Shown piece by piece: positions 47,835 to 55,956 of a stretch of 64,000 bases of DNA. This stretch comes from Syntrophorhabdaceae bacterium. GTDB lineage: Bacteria; Desulfobacterota; Syntrophorhabdia; Syntrophorhabdales; Syntrophorhabdaceae. The notes under the pieces are model-generated. The model had not been told where the DNA came from and did not search any database. It worked only from the letters and a program-made list of their open reading frames with translations. The position numbers and the translations under genes were made by a program. Position 1 is the stretch's first letter, and the number at the start of each line of letters is the position of its first letter. The DNA lies in contig OY762209.1 in assembly GCA_963665295.1 (NCBI GenBank), forward strand, positions 2,464,001 through 2,528,000. Direction: 5' to 3'.

Positions 47835-48215
47835 CTGGAGTGGTTTCGGCCTTGGAAGCGGCCATTCTCAAACCCGGCACTACCGGGTGACCACTGCCTG
47901 AGTTTTATTGTCATGGTGGGTGGGAGGAATTGAACCTCCTTCACCCGGGGACCCGCCTCAGGTCTTTATTCCCCAGTCCGACTTTTGGGTGCGATTAAGC
48001 GGCCCGTGTTACCGCGCTGGGTGCGGTGTCCGTTTCCTGCCCTGCCGTGAAGGCCAGGGAAAGGCCGGAGCGATTTCTGTAGCCGGGCTGACTTGCGGTC
48101 CCGGCATCAACCCTTCCGCCGAAGGGGTTAACAGACGTGGAAGGCTGGACCGTCTCGCGGAGGGGGCGGTCGCTTGCCTGTTTCGTGGTCTGTTTCATTT
48201 TGTCTAATGATTTCA
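47835..48215 (-). ncRNA. candidate large structured RNA / leader containing a tRNA-like minihelix
   Basis: At least eight consecutive hairpins behind a promoter; GGGTG-AA-GGAGG-TTCAATT-CCTCC-CACCC-ACCA at 47946-47914. Confidence 0.5.
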
Positions 48216-48257
48216 TATACTTATAGTATATTGTAACATACGGGCCTGGGGATGCAA
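48215..48257 (-). promoter_or_regulatory. sigma70-type promoter with a palindromic operator
   Basis: TTGCAT-N16-TACAAT with TGn extension; ATATACT-TAT-AGTATAT palindrome. Confidence 0.65.
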
Positions 48258-48504
48258 GAGAAATAACCTGTTAAATCAATGACTTATACATTAAAGGTAA
48301 TCTGTTACCTCAGTTACGGGGCGTACTCGTGAGATACGCGGAGGTGGAGGGGCTGATAAATTTTATGGGGGATGGGGGTTAAAGCGGGCGTGTAGGGGTA
48401 GGTTTTGAAGTGAAAAAGGCGTGAAAAACGGGCAAAAAGGGTGTTTTCTGATATTTAGAATATTAAATAATAAGTTTAGTATGGTGCTATTTCGTGAAAA
48501 ACGC

Positions 48505-48655
48505 TCCTAGATGTAATGATAAGAATGGTTTACAACCCTTTCCGTACGCGAGGGGTCTGATAGGGTCAATAGTGATATAAAGGAAGGGGCGCTTTCGTGC
48601 AGTACGCGCGAAATACGCCCATTGGTTCCTAGATGTAATGAAAATGGGGGTTTAC
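48505..48655. repeat. two bipartite direct repeats TCCTAGATGTAATGA-N7-GGTTTAC
   Basis: Copies at 48505-48533 and 48627-48655. Confidence 0.75.
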
Positions 48656-49422
48656 GTCCCTTGCGCCGATGGGCCGGAGCCGGGCGGTGTATCGAGGCCG
48701 GAGAGGCCTGCTCGCGCGAGGTCCAGTATCTTCATGAAGGCGGTGGGGTTGTTGATTATGTTGTATTTGTCCTTGATGTCCACCAGGAGGTTGAAAACCT
48801 GCTCGTAGTGGGAACGGGAGAGGACGTAGTTTTCTTCACCGGCGAAATAGAGGTCGATCTCTTCGAGGACCTTTTTTATTTCCTCCGCCTCCTCGGGAAG
48901 GAAGAGGAACATTAAATGTTTGAAGTCGGGGCGGGCCTCCACGATGGAGGTGAACTCCATCTTCTCCAGCTCCTTGATGATCTCGCTGTCGAGGCCTGCG
49001 TACATCTTGAGGTCGATGATCTCGATCTCGTCCCACAGTTCCTTGAGGATCACGGGGTCGTCCCGGCCTTCTATGGCGTTGTGGGAAAGCTGGACCGCTA
49101 CCTGCTCCTGGCGGGTTAGTTCCTTGTCGATGACGAGGATGAGGACTTCCTCCAAGCCTGCGTGGACGGCGGCCTGGACGCGGTGGTTGCCGGAGAGGAC
49201 GAGGAGCCGGCCGTCGGGCTCGCGGTAGCAGAGAGGGAGGGAGGAGAGGCCTCCGTCCTTTTTGATGTTGCTCACCAGGTTGTCGAACATTTCCTGGGTC
49301 ATGTACCGGGCGTTCTTGTCGAGGAGGATGATCTCGCGCGGGTTGACCAGGTCGAGCTTGTAGGGCATCTCCTGAAGGTGGGCGTTGAGGTCGCTTATCG
49401 TTTCTCGTATTTCTTTTGCCAT
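48652..49422 (-). CDS. ParB/Srx-like N-terminal domain protein (DNA-modification-associated type)
   Basis: KNARYM, VLSGNHRVQAA, QLSHNAIEGRDD. Confidence 0.8.
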   Translation of the reverse strand: MAKEIRETISDLNAHLQEMPYKLDLVNPREIILLDKNARYMTQEMFDNLVSNIKKDGGLSSLPLCYREPDGRLLVLSGNHRVQAAVHAGLEEVLILVIDKELTRQEQVAVQLSHNAIEGRDDPVILKELWDEIEIIDLKMYAGLDSEIIKELEKMEFTSIVEARPDFKHLMFLFLPEEAEEIKKVLEEIDLYFAGEENYVLSRSHYEQVFNLLVDIKDKYNIINNPTAFMKILDLARAGLSGLDTPPGSGPSAQGT

Positions 49423-50696
49423 TGTGAGACTACCTCCTTGAATGTGGTGGCGGTGAATTCGGCGCGGTAGTTGAGGAAGCCTTCGCCGCGCTTTACGAGC
49501 TCGTAGACGCCGCGGTATTTCATGCTTACCGGGGCGGGGGTGAATGCGGTGGTGAGGATTGCGCGGTAGTCGCGGACGATCTTTTCGGAGAGGATCGTTT
49601 TCAGGTCAATGCAGCGGGTGACCATGAGAAGGAGCTTTGCGAGGCGCTTGTGGCGCGTCGACGGGACCACGAAGTCGGAGAGCATGTAGATTTCGTCTTT
49701 TGCACCTCCTTTCTGGGAGTAGGCCTGGAAGATGAGGAAGCCGAAGAGCTTGGCCCCCGCGAAGACGAGGTAACAGGGACCGCCGGAGCCGGGTTGAATC
49801 TTCTTTGAGAGAAACATGTTCCGGTAATGGTTGATGGTGGAGAGGTCTACCTCCACGGCGGCGACGGGGGCCCCGGGATCTATCGCGTCGTCGGGCATGA
49901 GAAGGTCGTAAGGGGTAATCTTCTCGTTGATCTTGCGGCGGAAGATGCCGGGGGGCATGGTGAGATTGCTGTAGATGTAAACCGTGTGGCGTCCGAAAAG
50001 GTCCATGCGGGCGATGCAGGGGAACTCCGGGCGGGGTCGGTCGTCATAGAGGATGTAGTCCCCGGCGGTCATGCGGGTGATGGTGGCTTCGCGGCGCTCC
50101 TCGGTGAGCATCTGGTAGGCGGGGCGGTCCCAGGAGAGGGAGTCTTCGAGGCGGGCGAAGAGCTTTTCGTACCCGCCGGCGTAGGTGGGAAGGAAGCCGA
50201 TGGACACGCCGTCCGGGCGGGGGTAGTAGTCGGGGACGTCGATCATGGTGTAGGAGGCGATGCGGAGGGAGGCGGCGGCGGCCTGGACCCGGGCGAGGGT
50301 TCTGAGGAATAGGGTCTCGAAGTTGACGAGGTAGGCGCGCCACATGCGTTCCGAGTAGGGGTTTGCGCGTTTTTCGTATTTGAGAATCTCGAGGAGGAGG
50401 AGCATCACGGCGGAGGGGGCGGCGGGATCGCGGGGGAGGTAGGCGTTGGCCCAGGCCAGCTCGGGGTTGACTACTTCCATGCGGAAGGGGGAACGGGTGA
50501 GCATGTGGCCTATCACGGAGGAGTAGAGGGATACATCATTGCTGTGGATTCGGGCGGCGGGGCAATGGCGGGTGATGATCTGCTCGATCGTGAAGTTGCC
50601 CGAGCAACCGACGTAACAGGCGCGGCCGTCGAGAAGGGCCGCGTGGGTGGAGAAGAATTTACGGAGCTTGTCGTTTATTGCGCCGACGAATGACAA
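49395..50696 (-). CDS. putative antirestriction DNA-modification enzyme (adenine-methylase-like domain plus GNAT-like domain)
   Basis: TTG start after GGAGG; YVGCSGNFTIE, SNDVSLYS, FLPTYAGGYEKLF, YMLSDF, TTAF..PVSMKYRG. Confidence 0.7.
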   Translation of the reverse strand: MSFVGAINDKLRKFFSTHAALLDGRACYVGCSGNFTIEQIITRHCPAARIHSNDVSLYSSVIGHMLTRSPFRMEVVNPELAWANAYLPRDPAAPSAVMLLLLEILKYEKRANPYSERMWRAYLVNFETLFLRTLARVQAAAASLRIASYTMIDVPDYYPRPDGVSIGFLPTYAGGYEKLFARLEDSLSWDRPAYQMLTEERREATITRMTAGDYILYDDRPRPEFPCIARMDLFGRHTVYIYSNLTMPPGIFRRKINEKITPYDLLMPDDAIDPGAPVAAVEVDLSTINHYRNMFLSKKIQPGSGGPCYLVFAGAKLFGFLIFQAYSQKGGAKDEIYMLSDFVVPSTRHKRLAKLLLMVTRCIDLKTILSEKIVRDYRAILTTAFTPAPVSMKYRGVYELVKRGEGFLNYRAEFTATTFKEVVSQWQKKYEKR

Positions 50697-50868
50697 AGGA
50701 GCACCTCCCGGTTGACCTGGGACGGGTGGTCGCGCTATAGTCTTACCGCACTTTTCGTACACTTCAAATGCGGCGGATGGTAGCGGGCTTGCCCGTCATG
50801 CGTTGGTAGCGCATGGTCTTGGGGAGGTGCGAACTCCTCGGACTGCTGTCCGTCTTTTTAACTGTCAA
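50697..50868 (-). ncRNA. candidate structured 5' leader (cis-regulatory RNA)
   Basis: Six consecutive hairpins, the last overlapping the RBS. Confidence 0.45.
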
Positions 50869-50963
50869 TACCCCTTGAGCGGGGGACCGGTGGACTGTGG
50901 AAAGGAAACGGCGGGCCGGTCGCCATGGGGGCGGCCCGACACTCGAACACAGGAGGAACATCG

Positions 50964-51332
50964 ATGAGTTTGCATTCAACCAAGACTTTTTTCAGGGAGA
51001 AGCTGGAAGGGTATAAGGAACAGGGATTCAAATATTTTGAGATATCCCCTCCGCCGGACTGCTGCGCTTCGTGCGCGGAAAAAGCAAACAGGAAGATCGC
51101 GATGGAAGGCGCAACGGATGAGAATATCCCTCCTTTCCATGATGAGTGCAGGTGCGGCGTGCTGCCCCTGTGGGAAAACGATGAAGCGGGGGCGCTCGCG
51201 CGACAAATGAAGAGGTACGCTTCGGGCGAGTTTCCCAAAAAAAGATGTCCTTTCTGCAAAGGGTGGATTGCGGGGAACGCGGCGGTTTGCACGCGGTGCG
51301 GGAAGGTCGTCACAGGGTCACCGCGAGATTGA
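50964..51332 (+). CDS. Cys-rich protein with a MuF-like motif plus a zinc ribbon
   Basis: AGGAGG RBS; DCCASC..PPFHDECRC; CPFC...CTRC. Confidence 0.7.
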   Translation: MSLHSTKTFFREKLEGYKEQGFKYFEISPPPDCCASCAEKANRKIAMEGATDENIPPFHDECRCGVLPLWENDEAGALARQMKRYASGEFPKKRCPFCKGWIAGNAAVCTRCGKVVTGSPRD

Positions 51333-51459
51333 GGACGGTGGCGGCGAACCAGTAGACCGCGCGGCGGTAGTCGCCCGTGGCCGTGTAGACCACGCCGGCG
51401 GAGAATGACAGGGCTATTATCGAAATGGGGAAGATCAACGGGGCTGCGCGGAGGATCAT
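51310..51459 (-). CDS. 49-aa membrane protein (not in the ORF track)
   Basis: ATGA-coupled; MILRAAPLIFPISIIALSFSAGVVYTATGDYRRAVYWFAATVLNLAVTL. Confidence 0.6.
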   Translation of the reverse strand: MILRAAPLIFPISIIALSFSAGVVYTATGDYRRAVYWFAATVLNLAVTL

Positions 51460-52043
51460 GGATGGTTTCCTTCAGTAGGTGGTAAGGTAATTTGTTTGAG
51501 CATTGCCTCACCGGCGTTGCGCCAATGCTTGCCGTGGTCCCTGTAGAGGCATAACATCCAATAAATTACGGAGGCTTGTTCATCTTCGGCCTTGTGCGCG
51601 ATGTCCCATCCCATCCGGCGAAGTTTTTCGGCAAGGGCGGCGAGCATGAACGAGGGGCGGCCCAATATCCAGCGCAGTTGATCGTCAAGGGCGGGGGGCG
51701 TGTCGGGAGTGTTCAACCTTACATATATTTCACAGGTGGGGTGATTCTTTATCGCTTGCCGGGCTTCTTCCATGGCCTCGTAACCCATGCTGAGCCCCGG
51801 GCCGTAGACCAGGAACCTGGAGGGACCGGGGGCGGGTTCACCGGAGAAGAATGTTCCTGCCGGGCCTCTCAGGGATTGAAGCCATTCGCTGTAGCCGTCG
51901 TCACCGATGGCTTCGCAGATGGCGTCAAGGAGAACTATCCCTAATTCACCCCATCCTATATTCGGATCATCGAGATGGTGCTTGCGGTAGGCCATCTTGC
52001 AGGCGTTGAGAAGGGTTTCATTCGGCGTGTCTGTCTTGTTCAT
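51456..52043 (-). CDS. phage hypothetical protein
   Basis: Well-formed ORF; WILGRPSF...KAEDEQA. Confidence 0.7.
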   Translation of the reverse strand: MNKTDTPNETLLNACKMAYRKHHLDDPNIGWGELGIVLLDAICEAIGDDGYSEWLQSLRGPAGTFFSGEPAPGPSRFLVYGPGLSMGYEAMEEARQAIKNHPTCEIYVRLNTPDTPPALDDQLRWILGRPSFMLAALAEKLRRMGWDIAHKAEDEQASVIYWMLCLYRDHGKHWRNAGEAMLKQITLPPTEGNHP

Positions 52044-52337
52044 TTAGTCCTCCCTGAAGGTTCTGTTTTTGTTGTCGCCGTCTACTATGTTGCGGATCTG
52101 CCGAACTCGCAGGCCGTAGCGTTCGGCGAGTTCGGCGTGGTTGGCGCCGTTGAACTGGGTGATGATGCGCCGGTTGCGCTCTTCCCTGAAAAGGTCGTGG
52201 AGGTCGGGAATGGTGACGCGGAGACCCCCTAATTCTTCGATGATCGTTTTGATGACCGCCTGGCCGGAAGCGATACCGAAGTCGGCGGTAAGGCGGCGGA
52301 AGAGTCGGTCGAGGGCGTCACGGTTTTCAGACTTCAT
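52044..52337 (-). CDS. Mor/C-family transcriptional activator
   Basis: LGGLRVTIP, RNRRIITQFNGANHAELAERYGL..RQIRNIV. Confidence 0.9.
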   Translation of the reverse strand: MKSENRDALDRLFRRLTADFGIASGQAVIKTIIEELGGLRVTIPDLHDLFREERNRRIITQFNGANHAELAERYGLRVRQIRNIVDGDNKNRTFRED

Positions 52338-53418
52338 CGGGGTCACCTCCTGGGGGACGGTTTGCGGGGGCCGGTGAAGGCGTGGGGGAAGGGGGAAGCT
52401 TCCGGTGGCGGGGGCGGCTGGTACGGTCATCGTCATGTTCATCTATTATTTGTCTCCCTTCAAAAATGGAATTGAACTCGCGCCAGTAGACGGCGAGAGA
52501 GGGGTATGTCTGGTGGAGGCGTCCGCGCGTGGCGACGTAGCGGTCGGTGGTGATGATCGAGGCGTGGCCCAGGCGTTCGGCGATGGCGGGGGTATCGTAG
52601 CCCTTGATGTGGCGGAGGTCGTGGGCGTGTGCGGCGCGGAGCATGTGCATGGAGAGCTTCGGCTTGCGGATCTGGGCGCGGGCGGCGAGTGTTTTGAGGA
52701 ACGCGTCGGTGGCTGATGCGGTCAGGGGGTTGTGTTTCGGGCGGGCTCCTCGACCGTAGGAGATGATGAGGGGGTCGGAGGGGCGCGCGCCGTGGCCCAC
52801 GCGGGTGAGGTACCATGCGCGGAGGATGGCGGAGGGGGCTTTCCAGAGATAGACCTTGCGCCATTTCTCGCCTTTGCCGTAGACGTGGATGTCGTAGGAC
52901 TGGCCTTCTTCGACGGCGTTGGCGAGGGTGAGGGTGATGATCTCGCCGATCCGGAGGCCGCAGAAGGCCCCGAGGATGAGGATCACGGCGTCGCGGAGGG
53001 ATTTCTCGGTGATGGGGGGCGCGGCGGCGATGGTGAAGAGGCGGAGGATTTCTTCTTTGGTGAATCGCTGCACCAGGGTCTTGCGGACCTTGGGGAGCGG
53101 GATCTGTGCGGAGGGGTCGGCCGGGATGTGGCCTTCGTAGAGCATGTAGCGGAAAAATTTGCGGATGGCGATGAGCTTCGTGAGGCGGGTGTGGTTGTTG
53201 TTGCCCTGGTAGAAGCAATGCTCCAGAAACGCTTCTATGTCCTGTCGACTGGGGATAGAAGCGGGGGATGGAGACGGGGGCGCAGGGCGGACGGCTTGTC
53301 TGGAGGTCCACCAGGTGCAGAACTCGCGGACGCGGGACGTGTAGACCTTGGCGCTCACGTCGGTGAGGGCATTGAGGACCTTGAGGTGGCGTTCAAATCC
53401 GGGCAGATGATCAAGCAT
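52327..53418 (-). CDS. tyrosine recombinase (XerC/D-like)
   Basis: GLRIGE, GKGEKWR, HMLR, LGHASIITTDRY: intact R-K-H-R-H-Y set. Confidence 0.92.
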   Translation of the reverse strand: MLDHLPGFERHLKVLNALTDVSAKVYTSRVREFCTWWTSRQAVRPAPPSPSPASIPSRQDIEAFLEHCFYQGNNNHTRLTKLIAIRKFFRYMLYEGHIPADPSAQIPLPKVRKTLVQRFTKEEILRLFTIAAAPPITEKSLRDAVILILGAFCGLRIGEIITLTLANAVEEGQSYDIHVYGKGEKWRKVYLWKAPSAILRAWYLTRVGHGARPSDPLIISYGRGARPKHNPLTASATDAFLKTLAARAQIRKPKLSMHMLRAAHAHDLRHIKGYDTPAIAERLGHASIITTDRYVATRGRLHQTYPSLAVYWREFNSIFEGRQIIDEHDDDRTSRPRHRKLPPSPTPSPAPANRPPGGDPDEV

Positions 53419-53769
53419 GGGTGGCCTCCGGGGCGCGAGATGCGGGAAATGGGGCAAAAATCCCCCCGGACCCCCCTCTTCCAACTAAGGGAGATACCGG
53501 ACTGAGAAAAAAACCGGATTTAAGGGACCGGGAAGAGAAAAGGATGGGCAATGCTGATGGGCAAAACCGAAAATGGTTTGAAAATAGGCTCCATTTTATA
53601 CCGGGTAATAGGGGGTGGGGTGGGGATGGAAACGGGAGCTTTTCGAGGGGGGGAGGGTATCCGGGCTCCTGATCGGGCTGCCTGAACTGGAGCGATTGAA
53701 AACTTACCGCAGTATTGTGAAAAAGGGATGGCTGAAAACCGTTGGAAACAGGTATCGGGACTGACCCCT

Positions 53770-53797
53770 TATCGCACAGTTTAACATTATGTGCAGT
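53770..53797. other. dif-like 28-bp candidate recombination site
   Basis: TATCGCACAGT-TTAACA-TTATGTGCAGT; one arm matches the E. coli XerC arm at 8/11. Confidence 0.5.
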
Positions 53798-54173
53798 AAC
53801 GAGGCCCCTCTGATTCCGTGATTTCGACTGTCTAGTTAACCACGTGACTAAAAATAGTTTACAGAGAGCCTTGACAGGGTCTCTCAAAGGATTGGTATCA
53901 CAGGAAAAGAACTGTATGACAGGTACGAGATATCTGGTAATATATAATGTGCTTTTTTTCCGGCTATTCATGGCTTTCTCCATGGGATGGGAAAAACTCG
54001 GGGTGATCCCGCTGCACCACGCTAACTTGTGTAAAATTTGGCGTTCAATGTCGGTGCATGGATCACGTTTCTCTTCGGGCATCTGTTGACCTCCGTGTAA
54101 AATTGCCGGGGCAAAAACCGTGTCCCCCATGCCCCATCTGGACATAAACCCTTGACAGGCTTAGCTTTATGCC

Positions 54174-54310
54174 GTGGGGAAACGCTAAAATCATGGCGTC
54201 CGTATCCCCCGCGTTTCCCCCCTTTCCCCACCGTTTCCCCCCGCGTTTCCCCCACCCTAACAAACTAAAATCAAAGGGAAAAGAATTGAAGTGGGGAAAG
54301 GGGGAAGCGG
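54174..54310. repeat. iteron-like TTCCCC repeats; candidate replication origin
   Basis: Five direct copies about 10 bp apart (54201-54252), inverted copies at 54174-54185 and 54291-54310, A-rich spacer. Confidence 0.6.
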
Positions 54311-54748
54311 TTTTTTGATCGGGTCCTAAAAAAACAGCCGAAGGCCAAAAAAAAGAAAAAAAGAAAGCTTTGCCCTTGGCGCTGCTCAATTTAATGGATA
54401 TTGACCCTTGAGCGTTTCCCCCCGTGCTGCCTGCAGCCCTTGGATGGCCATACGATCGGCTCAAATAGCTTCTCTGCCCCCTTAAATTTTGCGCCGCGAC
54501 ACTTCTCCGGCACCTTCGTGCCATTACTTGGTTAATCAGGATGCGCCCTCGGGCGCTGACACGGCGGGGACGTAACCCTTTCCGGCTCTCCTGACCGGTG
54601 CTCACCTTCTCACGGCCCTTCGGCCATCGAGCGTTCCCGGCATCGTCCGAACACTTGGTCTCATCAAGGCAGAAACGATGCGTAACACGCATATCCCACG
54701 CGGGCATGGCCGCTTTTAGATCATCCCTTTCTATTGTTTCCAAGGTGT

Positions 54749-55660
54749 TCATTCTGTCAATAACCTCGCTACAGCGGGCCACCTGTTGGCCGCGGCGCTC
54801 AGGAGGACACGGCCGGACTCTTCCTCTTCTTCGAGGGCGTTGTACTTGTCCTCGTCCCTGAAGCTCAGCACTGCGTCGGTAATGAGCCGGGTGATTACTC
54901 CCGGCTCCAGGGCGTCAAGTTCCCAACTCTCGGTGCCGAAGCGCTTGATGTAGCCGTTGCAGCGCGAGTCGGTCAGCTTCGCCGGGTTGGGAGGAGGCTT
55001 GTATTTCTCGACCTGGTCCTTGTTGAGAGCTATTCGCTCAAAGGTAAGCTCCCAGAAGGTCTCTTCCATGAACGTCCGGAGACGGTCCTCAATGTCGCGG
55101 CTCATATCGATGCCGCTCGGATCGTGGTCGCTCAGGTGGAGAATTACCACCTTCTGACCATCCTCCACGTACCGCTGGAGCCTCTTCCCTGCTTTCCACA
55201 TGGCCGTCTGGCTTGTGTACCCCCGACAGGAAAAGAAATCGATGTCCAGCTCCGAGGCTACGCGCCCCACGATTCCCTCAAGGGCGTCCTTCTCGACCCA
55301 CACCTCGACGCGGCACTCCTGATCCTGCCACTTGTCGAGACGAAAGGACGTGGCAGCGGACCTGATGGTGTCCGACGGATCGTCCCAGTGGGCATTGCCC
55401 CCGAGGGACCTGGTCCTGTCCTCGATCGCGTCCCAGTCAATAAGCCCGGCGAGGCGCCCGTCGTTTACCAGTTCCCCAAGGCGCTTGTATTCCTTCTGTG
55501 CGTTCTTGATCCAGCCGCGAGCCACGAACTGGTAATAGAGTTGGCGCAGGGTGAGGATGTAGCCCTGGGCGAAGTAATCGCGGATAAGGCCGTTCACGAG
55601 GTCAATGGCCTCCAGGCGACGGTCTTGAAAGTCGATGTCCTTGTATTGGATCTTCGGCAC
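54749..55660 (-). CDS. TopoVI-A/Spo11-like winged-helix plus TOPRIM protein
   Basis: LTLRQLYYQ, VEVWVEKDAL, LHLSDHDPSG, WELDAL. Confidence 0.75.
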   Translation of the reverse strand: MPKIQYKDIDFQDRRLEAIDLVNGLIRDYFAQGYILTLRQLYYQFVARGWIKNAQKEYKRLGELVNDGRLAGLIDWDAIEDRTRSLGGNAHWDDPSDTIRSAATSFRLDKWQDQECRVEVWVEKDALEGIVGRVASELDIDFFSCRGYTSQTAMWKAGKRLQRYVEDGQKVVILHLSDHDPSGIDMSRDIEDRLRTFMEETFWELTFERIALNKDQVEKYKPPPNPAKLTDSRCNGYIKRFGTESWELDALEPGVITRLITDAVLSFRDEDKYNALEEEEESGRVLLSAAANRWPAVARLLTE

Positions 55661-55944
55661 TATTTGCCCCTTTTCCCTGCGTGACCGCCGCAAACCGCGT
55701 CACTCAATACCTTAACTAATCTTTTGGCCGGGCAATCCGATGAGGTATGCAGCCTTAGTGTCCTCCTGCCCTTTTCAATGTCGGAGAGGTAAGACCCCGC
55801 AAGGCCGACCTTCTCCCCTAGTTTCCGGTAAGTCCATCCTAAAGCCTGTCTCGATTCCTTAATCCAGACCGGGTTGACGATGTCATAAGAAAGGTCCACA
55901 TGAATACATTTTGTTTTTTCGACGACGGTATTCTTATCTTCCAT
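55660..55944 (-). CDS. XRE-family HTH protein
   Basis: IKESRQALGWTYRKLGEKVGLAGSYLSDIEKGRR. Confidence 0.85.
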   Translation of the reverse strand: MEDKNTVVEKTKCIHVDLSYDIVNPVWIKESRQALGWTYRKLGEKVGLAGSYLSDIEKGRRTLRLHTSSDCPAKRLVKVLSDAVCGGHAGKRGK

Positions 55945-55956
55945 TATTTCTCCTCC

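Noticed and set aside
47914..47946. Complete tRNA, tmRNA or the second att site
   Set aside because: No D or anticodon arm, only a 5-bp acceptor stem, and the sequence differs from the tRNA-Arg 3' end
47995..48216. 73-aa ORF as a protein gene
   Set aside because: No RBS, not protein-like, and coincides with dense RNA helices; leaderless translation cannot be excluded
50824..50845. SAH riboswitch (CCGAGGAG start)
   Set aside because: Lacks the following CGCTGC and the matching downstream elements
50865..50905. Fourth copy of the late-promoter motif
   Set aside because: Only about 12-13 of 19 positions match, and the TTTC and RTGATA parts are missing
53411..54782. Track ORFs 53411-54145 and 54063-54782
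   Set aside because: No recognisable protein features; they run through iterons, homopolymers and the dif-like site
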